NCBI GenBank assembly: GCA_965208575.1
Contig: CBDBOV010000004.1
Location: forward strand, 736,001 to 800,000
Reading direction: 5' to 3'
Origin: Spirochaetia bacterium
GTDB lineage: Bacteria > Spirochaetota > Spirochaetia > SZUA-6 > Bin103
DNA length: 64,000 bases
This document shows, one piece after another, positions 56,834 to 64,000 of the stretch. The notes under the pieces were generated by a model, which was given only the letters and a program-made list of their open reading frames with translations, made no database searches and was not told the DNA's origin. Each line of letters starts with the position of its first letter. Within the stretch, counting starts at the first letter, position 1. A program made the position numbers and the translations under genes.

Positions 56834-58168
56834 ATGACTGTTTCGCGAGAGTTCCTGCGCTCCAAGTTGGACGAGTCGCTGGCCCTCCCGCGGCGCCGAC
56901 TCACCCGCCGTGACGTGCGGGTTCCCGCCATCGCCGGGAAGGCGTTCGCGGTCATCGGCGTGCGGCGCAGCGGCAAGACCTCCTACCTCGCCGAGTATCG
57001 CTCCCGGAACCTGCACGCCGGCGTGCCCGCCGAGTCGCAGTTGCTGCTTCTGCTCGAGGACGAGCGGCTCGCCGGTATCACCGTAGACGACCTGGGTTGG
57101 ATGCTCGAGGAGCACGCCCGCCGCTTTCCGCAGTCGTACGTGCGCGAGGAGGTCACCTTGTACCTGGATGAGGTCCAGTACGTCCCGGGCTGGGAGGGAC
57201 TCGTACGCCGGTTGATCGACACCGGCGGCGTACAGGTGTTCGTGACCGGCTCCTCGGCACGCCTGCTGAGCAGGGAGGTAGCGACCAGCCTGCGTGGCCG
57301 CGCAATGGAGGTGCTGATCCACCCCTTCAGTTTCCGCGAATCGTTGCGCCACGCCGGCGCGGAGCCGGCTCCGCGCCACGCGCCGGACACGGGTCCGGAG
57401 GCGGCAGTGCTGCACCAGCGCCTGTGGCGCTACCTGGTCGAGGGCGGCTTTCCCGAGGCGCAGGGCGCCGAGCCGCGCGACCGCGCGGCGTTGCTCGCGG
57501 GGTACGTCGACGTGGTCGTGCTGCGCGACGTGATCGACCGCCATGCGGTGTCGAATCCGCTCGCCCTGCGCTGGTTGCAGCGCCAGTTGCTGGCCAACCC
57601 CGGAGGCGGCTTCTCGGTGAACAAGCAGTACGACACGCTGCGCTCCCAGGGGGTTCGCGTCGGCAAGGATACCCTCCACGAGTACCTCGGCCACCTGGAG
57701 GATGCCTTCCTGATCCGTACCGTCTCGCTGCACACCGCCTCCGAGCGCCGCCGCATGGTCAATCCGCGCAAGGCTTACCCGGTGGACCCGGGCCTGATCG
57801 CCCTGTTCGCGCGCAGCGGTCGCAGCCACCACGGGCGCGCGCTGGAGACCGCCGTTCTGCTGGAGCTCGAACGACGCGGCTGGGAGGTATCCTACCTGCG
57901 CACCGAACAGGGCTGGGAGGTCGACTTCTTCGCTCACCGTGCGGGAGCGGCGCCGATGCTGGTCCAGGTGTGCCTGGAGACCAGCCAGGACGCGACCTGG
58001 GAGCGGGAACTGCGCGCCCTCCAGGCGGCGGGGGCGTTGTACCGGAATGCCAGCCGCTGGCTGGTCACGCTCGACCCGTCGCCGCCGCGGCGCCTCCCGG
58101 AAGGCGTGACGTGGGCTTCCGCCGCGCACTGGCTGCTGGACGATTGGGAGCGTCCGGGCTCTTCGTGA
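56834..58168 (+). CDS. AAA_14 / DUF4143 ATP-binding protein
   Basis: GVRRSGKT, YLDEVQ, VTGSSA-LL, LRGR, GGFPE, KAY-VDPGL, EVDF and QVC. Confidence 0.9.
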   Translation: MTVSREFLRSKLDESLALPRRRLTRRDVRVPAIAGKAFAVIGVRRSGKTSYLAEYRSRNLHAGVPAESQLLLLLEDERLAGITVDDLGWMLEEHARRFPQSYVREEVTLYLDEVQYVPGWEGLVRRLIDTGGVQVFVTGSSARLLSREVATSLRGRAMEVLIHPFSFRESLRHAGAEPAPRHAPDTGPEAAVLHQRLWRYLVEGGFPEAQGAEPRDRAALLAGYVDVVVLRDVIDRHAVSNPLALRWLQRQLLANPGGGFSVNKQYDTLRSQGVRVGKDTLHEYLGHLEDAFLIRTVSLHTASERRRMVNPRKAYPVDPGLIALFARSGRSHHGRALETAVLLELERRGWEVSYLRTEQGWEVDFFAHRAGAAPMLVQVCLETSQDATWERELRALQAAGALYRNASRWLVTLDPSPPRRLPEGVTWASAAHWLLDDWERPGSS

Positions 58169-58181
58169 TGCCGGCTCCGGT

Positions 58182-58496
58182 TTATCGGTCTCGTTGCCGG
58201 CGGCGGGAGTGCGACGCGCGACCGCTGCCGCCGAGCATGACCGAGGCGCCGATCAGGAAGCCGAGGTTGTACCAGCCGCCGTTGTTGTGGGCTTCGTAGA
58301 TGCCCACGCCGGAGGAGAACAACGAGATGACGAAGGTGACCGGGGTAATGAACCCGTGCCAGAGCCCCAGCCAGAACCCGGCGACCGAACCTTCGAGATC
58401 CGCGCTGCCCTGCAGCTCGTTCGGCTGCGGCGCGCAGGCGGCGAGCGCAAGGAGGGCGACCGCGGCAAGCGAAAGGAGCCGACCGTAACGTACCAA
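58182..58496 (-). CDS. Small membrane lipoprotein
   Basis: GGAGG RBS, lipobox LAAC, AGFWLGLWHGFI-P-F-SLF...IYE-HNNGGWYNLGFLIG. Confidence 0.78.
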   Translation of the reverse strand: MVRYGRLLSLAAVALLALAACAPQPNELQGSADLEGSVAGFWLGLWHGFITPVTFVISLFSSGVGIYEAHNNGGWYNLGFLIGASVMLGGSGRASHSRRRQRDR

Positions 58497-58666
58497 GGGT
58501 GATTACCTCCCCGAGTTTGGATAATTGACCGATTGGTCCGTATGCTATCATGCTTCCACGCAGGGCGGGAACCGGCGAGAAACCGACGACATGGCCAAGT
58601 ACGCTGACGCCGTGCACGCTCGCGCGGGCGGTTTGAGAGCCTGCCCCGAACGGTTAAGATGACCCG

Positions 58667-60235
58667 ATGATCAGGCGCAGGCTGCCTATCGGCATGCAGA
58701 CCTTCCGCAAGCTGCGCGAGCACGATTGCTACTACGTGGACAAGACCGCATACGTCAAGCGGCTGCTCGACGAGGGCACCCACTACTTCCTGTCGCGGCC
58801 GCGGCGGTTCGGCAAGAGCCTGTTCCTGGACACGCTGAAGGAGCTGTTCGAGGGCAACGAAGCGCTGTTCGAAGGACTGCACATTCACGACCGCCACGAC
58901 TGGTCGCAGCGCCATCCCGTGGTGCGGCTGGACTTCGCCCGCGGCCACTTCGTCGAGCCCGGCGCTCTGCACGCCAACGTGGCGGCGCAATTGGACGGCA
59001 TCGAGGTACAGGCCGGCGTGCGGCCCCGCTACGAGACGCCCGCGGAGCGATTCGGCTACCTGATCAGTAGGCTGCACGAGCGCAGCGGGCAGCGGGTCGT
59101 GGTGCTGGTCGACGAGTATGACAAGCCTATCCTTGATGCCCTGGAGCAGCGCGAGATCGCGCGCGCCAACCGCGACTACCTGCGTGGCCTGTACGGCGTG
59201 ATCAAGGCGAGCGAAGCAAACGTCCGGTTCACGTTCCTCACCGGTGTGAGCAAGTTTCCCAAGGTCAGCGTGTTCTCTGTACTGAACAACCTTACCGACC
59301 TCACCCTCGACCGGCGCTACTCGGCGATATGCGGGTACACGGAACACGATTTGGACACGGTGTTCGCGCCCGAACTCGCCGGCCTGGACCGGGAGCAGGT
59401 GCGCGAGTGGTACAACGGCTACCGATGGCGCGGCGAGGAGAAGGTGTACAACCCCTACGACGTGCTGCTGCTGTTCGACACCCGCGAGTTCGAGGCGCAC
59501 TGGTTCGAGACCGGCACGCCGGCATTCCTGGTGGACACCCTGGTCAGCCGCGGGGTCGCGTCGGTGTCACTGGACCAGACCCTGAGCACCGCGGATCTGC
59601 TGGCGGCGTTCGACGTGGAACACATCGGCACCGAGGCGCTGCTGTTCCAGATCGGCTACCTGACGATCACGGGAGAGGAGAAGCTGGGCGGCATGCCCCT
59701 GTATCGCCTCGGCTATCCGAACCGGGAAGTCCGCCAGAGCCTGAACCGCGTGCTGTTGCGCCACCTGGTGCAGGACGCCGGACAGCAGATGCAGAACAGC
59801 ATCCGTCTGGCGCGCCTGCTGGAGAGCGGCGACTGCGAAGGCCTGCGCGATCTGTTCCACGCCTTCTTCGCCGGCATCCCGTACGAATGGCATGCCGCCG
59901 ACGGCTGTCGGCGGACCAACAACGACATCGCGCGGTACGAGGGCTACTACGCGAGCGTGTTCTACTCCTACTTCGCAGCGCTCGGCTACGAGATCGCGGT
60001 GGAGGAGTCGAGCAGCCACGGCCGGCTGGACATGGCGGTGCGCACCGGCGGGCACGTCTACCTGTTCGAACTCAAGGTGGTGGAGATGACGCCGCCGGGC
60101 TCGGCGCTCGCGCAGTTACGGGAGCGCCGCTACGCCGACAAGTACCGCGCCCGCGGCGAGCCGATTCACCTTGTCGGTGTGGAGATCAGCCGCGAGACAC
60201 GCAACGTCACCGCCTTCGAAGTCGCCGACGGCTGA
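58667..60235 (+). CDS. AAA-ATPase-like protein with PD-(D/E)XK nuclease (second subfamily)
   Basis: LPIGMQTF, YYVDKT, SRPRRFGKS, LVDEYDKP, LTGVSKF, WFETGTP and GRLDM...FELK. Confidence 0.9.
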   Translation: MIRRRLPIGMQTFRKLREHDCYYVDKTAYVKRLLDEGTHYFLSRPRRFGKSLFLDTLKELFEGNEALFEGLHIHDRHDWSQRHPVVRLDFARGHFVEPGALHANVAAQLDGIEVQAGVRPRYETPAERFGYLISRLHERSGQRVVVLVDEYDKPILDALEQREIARANRDYLRGLYGVIKASEANVRFTFLTGVSKFPKVSVFSVLNNLTDLTLDRRYSAICGYTEHDLDTVFAPELAGLDREQVREWYNGYRWRGEEKVYNPYDVLLLFDTREFEAHWFETGTPAFLVDTLVSRGVASVSLDQTLSTADLLAAFDVEHIGTEALLFQIGYLTITGEEKLGGMPLYRLGYPNREVRQSLNRVLLRHLVQDAGQQMQNSIRLARLLESGDCEGLRDLFHAFFAGIPYEWHAADGCRRTNNDIARYEGYYASVFYSYFAALGYEIAVEESSSHGRLDMAVRTGGHVYLFELKVVEMTPPGSALAQLRERRYADKYRARGEPIHLVGVEISRETRNVTAFEVADG

Positions 60236-60298
60236 CGGCGGTCCGACATCCCGCGAAGCCGGGGTCCGCGGCACGCGGGGCCGACTGCTTCGCGGGCG

Positions 60299-63200
60299 CT
60301 ACTTGCGGCCCTCCACGGCCATCACCAGCGCGGGGAGGATGAACAGGGTGAACACGCCTGACAGGATCAGCCCGCCGACCATGCTGACCACGAACGGCAC
60401 CAGGAAGATCAGCAGGTCGCTGCGCTCGTAGAGCAGGGGGCAGAGGCCTACCAGCGTGGTGGCGCTGGTCAGCACCACGGCGCGGAAGCGGCTGCGCGTG
60501 GCCACCGCCACCGCGGCGATCGCCGGCAGATCGCTGCGCTCGCGCCGTATCCTGTTGTAGCGGTCCAGCAGCACCAGCGCGTCGTTCACGACGACGCCGG
60601 ACACCGCCACCACCCCGAAGAACGAGCTCCCTCCAAAGTCCCAGCCCAGCACCCAATGGGCGAACACGGCGCCGGCGAACGCCAGCGGAAAACCGAGCAC
60701 CGCGGCCACCGGCTTCCAGTAGCTGCGCAGGAACGCCGCGATCAGCGCATACATCGCCAACAGAACCGCCGGCACCGTCACGGCTGCCGTGGCCAGCAGC
60801 CTGCGCTCCTGCCTGCCGTAACCATCCTCCTCGAACCGCAGTCCGGGATGCGCGGCCAGCAGCGCGGGCAGCAACTCCTCTTCGATCCGCGCGTGCACCT
60901 GCCTGACGGTCAGCACCGCGGTATCGATGTTGGCGCTCACCCGGGCGGCCCGCTCGCCGTCGATGCGCGTCAGCGTGGCCGGCTCGCGCCGCTCCACCAG
61001 GGTAGCGGCGGTGCTCAGGGGCATCTCCGCGTACCCGGACGGGGTCTGCAGGTGAATGCGCTCGGCGGACAGTTCCCGCAGGCTGCGCCGCCGTTCGGGC
61101 GGGTAGCGCAACACGACCTCTATCTCGTCCGGCCCCCGCTGCAGCTCCTGGACCTCAAGCCCGTGGTAGTTGGCCCGCAACTGCCTGCCGATGGCCGCCG
61201 GCGTGAGGCCCGCCGCCTGTCCCGCCGGCGTCACCTGTATGTCGATGTGGCGTTTGCCGGGGGCCAGGCTGTCCCAGATTCCGGACACGCCCGGGATGGC
61301 GGCCATGAACGACTTCAACTGGTCGGTGGCGCTGCGCAGCGTCGGCTCGTCGTCGTGGCGCAGCGCGTAGCCGACGGTATCGCCCAGGGTCGAGACGTGG
61401 GCGCCGACCGCGAACCGCTCCAGGAGCGGCACGTTGCCGAGCCTTCGTGCCCACGCTTCCTCGACGTCGGTCGCCGAGGCGGTCCGTTCCGGCTTCTCGG
61501 CCAGGTGGAGCATGACCGACGCCAGGTGGCCGACGTGCACTTCGTCCTCGTCGGTGGGCGCCGAGAACAGGTTGCCGACAAACATGCTGACGCCGTGCAC
61601 GGTGCTGCCGCCGAACGCGTCGTCCAGCGCCGCGGCTTCGTCCGCGACCCGCCGGGCAGTCGCCAGCGTCGTCTCGAACGGCGTCCCGACGGGGAGGTAC
61701 AGGTCCGCGCGAATGCTCGTCTGCACGCTGCTGGAGCCGGTGAAAGTGATGAGCCGCACTGCTCCCGTCGCCAGGAGCAGGATCGCGGCCAGGAACACCA
61801 GGGCCGCCGCGGCGAACGTGGTCCAGACGTGGCGCACCGCCCATGATACGGCGGGCGCCACCGTGCGCTCGCGGAGCCGGTCCAGCAGACCGCTCACGGA
61901 GCGCTGCAGTTCGCGCAGCGGCGACAGCGTCCAGTTGCCCCGGTGCGACAGATGTGCCGGCAGGATCAGGAACGCCTCCAGCAGCGACACGGCCAGGACA
62001 CAGAGCAAGACCGGCGGCAACTCCCTCAAAATCTGTATCGAGCCCACCACGAACAGCAGCGGCAGAAAGGCCATGCCGGTGGTGACCGCGCCCACGGTGA
62101 CGGGACCGCGGACCTCCCGCACGCCGCGTATGGCAGCAGCCAGTGGCTGGCGCGGATTGGCGGCGCGTTCGGTATCGATGTTCTCGGCGACGATCAGGGC
62201 GTCGTCCACGACCAGGCCGACCACGAGAAAGAACGCGGAGATGGTCACCACGTTGATGGTGAGGCCCAAGGGGGAGATGAGCGCCAGGGAGCCGACGAAT
62301 GCCAGCGGAATGCCGAGCGCGACCCACACCGCGACGCGCAGGTCGAGGACCAGGATCAGGAGTGCGAACACCAGCACCACGCCGATCACGACGTTGCGCA
62401 GGATGGTTCGCATCCGTTTCAGGGCGAGGCCGGCGGTGTCGTCCCACACGGATACGGTAACCTCCGGCGGCGGGGAGTACGCTGCCAACCACTCCCGTAC
62501 CTCGGCGGCGATGTCGGTGAGCGACTGCCAGTCCGCAACGCCCACCGTAACCAGCAACGCGGGCATGCCGTTGACGGTCAGGACCACCCGGTCGTCCGGC
62601 GCGAAGGCGTCCCGGATTTGCGCGACGTCGCCCAACCGGATGATCGTGCCGTCGGCGTTCGTGACCAAGGGGATGTCCGCGAACTGCGCTCCGCTCTGCC
62701 GCTTGGACACCATGTGCAGCGCCACTTGGCCGGACTCCGTATCGAGCTCCCCGAACGACAGGTTGAGCGACGAGCGCTGCACGCGGGTAGCGATCGTCTC
62801 GAACGAAAGCCCGTAGCGGCGCAGTTGCTCTTCGTCCAGCTCGATGGACACCTCGCGATCGCGCGCGCCGCGCAGGCTCACGTCGGAGATGCCGGGCAGT
62901 CGCAGCAATTCATCGCGGATGGTCTCCGCCGTGCGCTGCAGCGACTGCCCGCTCAAATGCGCGGACGAGACCGCCACGGTCAGGGCCGTGACCTCGAACC
63001 GCACCGGTTCGATCTCCGGCTCCTTGGCGTTCGGCGGCGGGAAGTTGTCGATGCCGTCGACCGCGTTCTCCACGTCGTGCAACACGGCGTCGCCGTCGGA
63101 CAGCGGTGAGTACTCGACGAGAACGGTGCCGTGGTCCGCGGCGGCGGTTCCCAGGACGCGTTCCACCCCCGAGATGCCGATCACCGCTTCCTCGACGCGG

Positions 63201-63478
63201 CGGACGATCTCTTCCTCCACCTCGCGTGCCGACGACCCGGGCGACTCGACCGCGACTTCGACGATGTGCGGGACGTTGCGCGGAACGTCCCGCACCACGA
63301 GCGTCGCACCCGCCAGCAGGCCGATGACGGCGACCCCGGCCATCAGCAGGTTGGCCGCCACCGGGTTGCCGGCAAAGTAAGAGATCAGCCCCGCCTTCAT
63401 GCCCGCCATGCCCGCCATGCCGGCAGCGCCGTCATCGCCGGTCGCCGGGGATCCGCTCGCCGAGTGCCCGGCGTTCAC
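60299..63478 (-). CDS. AcrB/AcrD/AcrF-family RND permease
   Basis: NPVAANLLM, GLVVDDALIVAEN, TT-AFLPLL, GVVVNDALVL and R-RAVVLTS-TT; true start may be 63400-63418. Confidence 0.92.
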   Translation of the reverse strand: MNAGHSASGSPATGDDGAAGMAGMAGMKAGLISYFAGNPVAANLLMAGVAVIGLLAGATLVVRDVPRNVPHIVEVAVESPGSSAREVEEEIVRRVEEAVIGISGVERVLGTAAADHGTVLVEYSPLSDGDAVLHDVENAVDGIDNFPPPNAKEPEIEPVRFEVTALTVAVSSAHLSGQSLQRTAETIRDELLRLPGISDVSLRGARDREVSIELDEEQLRRYGLSFETIATRVQRSSLNLSFGELDTESGQVALHMVSKRQSGAQFADIPLVTNADGTIIRLGDVAQIRDAFAPDDRVVLTVNGMPALLVTVGVADWQSLTDIAAEVREWLAAYSPPPEVTVSVWDDTAGLALKRMRTILRNVVIGVVLVFALLILVLDLRVAVWVALGIPLAFVGSLALISPLGLTINVVTISAFFLVVGLVVDDALIVAENIDTERAANPRQPLAAAIRGVREVRGPVTVGAVTTGMAFLPLLFVVGSIQILRELPPVLLCVLAVSLLEAFLILPAHLSHRGNWTLSPLRELQRSVSGLLDRLRERTVAPAVSWAVRHVWTTFAAAALVFLAAILLLATGAVRLITFTGSSSVQTSIRADLYLPVGTPFETTLATARRVADEAAALDDAFGGSTVHGVSMFVGNLFSAPTDEDEVHVGHLASVMLHLAEKPERTASATDVEEAWARRLGNVPLLERFAVGAHVSTLGDTVGYALRHDDEPTLRSATDQLKSFMAAIPGVSGIWDSLAPGKRHIDIQVTPAGQAAGLTPAAIGRQLRANYHGLEVQELQRGPDEIEVVLRYPPERRRSLRELSAERIHLQTPSGYAEMPLSTAATLVERREPATLTRIDGERAARVSANIDTAVLTVRQVHARIEEELLPALLAAHPGLRFEEDGYGRQERRLLATAAVTVPAVLLAMYALIAAFLRSYWKPVAAVLGFPLAFAGAVFAHWVLGWDFGGSSFFGVVAVSGVVVNDALVLLDRYNRIRRERSDLPAIAAVAVATRSRFRAVVLTSATTLVGLCPLLYERSDLLIFLVPFVVSMVGGLILSGVFTLFILPALVMAVEGRK

Positions 63479-63485
63479 GGTGCCA

Positions 63486-64000
63486 TCAGGGAGCGGCGGC
63501 GGCGGTCACCGCCAGTCCGTCGCGGGCGCGCGGCGGCGTGCCGACCACGACCCCGGCGCCGGCATCGAACGCTTCCACCACCCAGCCGTCCGCCGTGTCG
63601 CCGACCACCCGCGGCCCTACCGAGCGCAGCACGCCGGCGTCGACGATCCACACCGTGTCACCGTCCTGGCGCGCGGCGCGCGGCAGCCGGTACACGTTCT
63701 CCCGCAGCGGGCCGGTAATCTCGATCTCGGCGAACATGCCCGGCATCGGCGACGCACCCGCCGCGTCGGCCTGCAGTTCCAGGTGCAGCGTCGCCATCCG
63801 GCTGTTCGGGTCTACCACCGGAGACACTCTGGTCACCACGGCGGTACGGACGGCGCCTTCGGTGCGGACCTGAGCGGCGCGCCCGGTCACCGGCTCCAGA
63901 AGCGCCAGGTCGCGCGGATGGATCTGGGCGGCGACCTCCAGCGCGCCGTCCCGGTACACTCGGCCCAGCGGCATGCGCAATGGCCCGACGAGTTGCCCGA
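63486..64000 (-). CDS. RND periplasmic adaptor (membrane fusion protein), 3' part
   Basis: V-RVSP-VDPNSR, PGMFAE-EI-G and LPRAA; directly upstream of the RND permease. Confidence 0.8.
   Translation of the reverse strand, partial: GQLVGPLRMPLGRVYRDGALEVAAQIHPRDLALLEPVTGRAAQVRTEGAVRTAVVTRVSPVVDPNSRMATLHLELQADAAGASPMPGMFAEIEITGPLRENVYRLPRAARQDGDTVWIVDAGVLRSVGPRVVGDTADGWVVEAFDAGAGVVVGTPPRARDGLAVTAAAAP

Overview
GC-rich (roughly 68-70% by eye) bacterial chromosomal window. It has no rRNA, tRNA or CRISPR array that I can recognise. The non-lipoprotein family-5 solute-binding proteins with 'GLW-x-AG-x-EE' leaders, the many PhyH/sulfatase genes, the LRR and cadherin-like surface proteins and the repeated AAA-PD-(D/E)XK genes suggest a host-associated (probably marine-sponge) Spirochaetota bacterium; this is inference only. 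Core content: catabolic enzymes, two peptide-type ABC permease clusters and two SBPs, an ABC-2 exporter, an RND pump, three TA loci, one intact ISKra4-like IS (27-bp IRs, 8-bp TSD) and one IS remnant. Most notable: (1) a ~4.7-kb autotransporter adhesin is frameshifted OFF by an 8-bp (CCAGAGCC)x12 repeat between its start codon and signal peptide, with a perfect TTGACA-19-TATAAT promoter abutting the repeat; (2) a second, poly-C16 frameshift leader relic; (3) a decaying tandem array of PAS-like/LuxR regulators and lipoproteins sharing a CCCCC-N6-GGGGG box; (4) repeated accessory/TA segments bounded by short duplicated pieces of host genes with no recombinase nearby; (5) an 82-bp tandem repeat that makes a translationally coupled mini-ORF relay.
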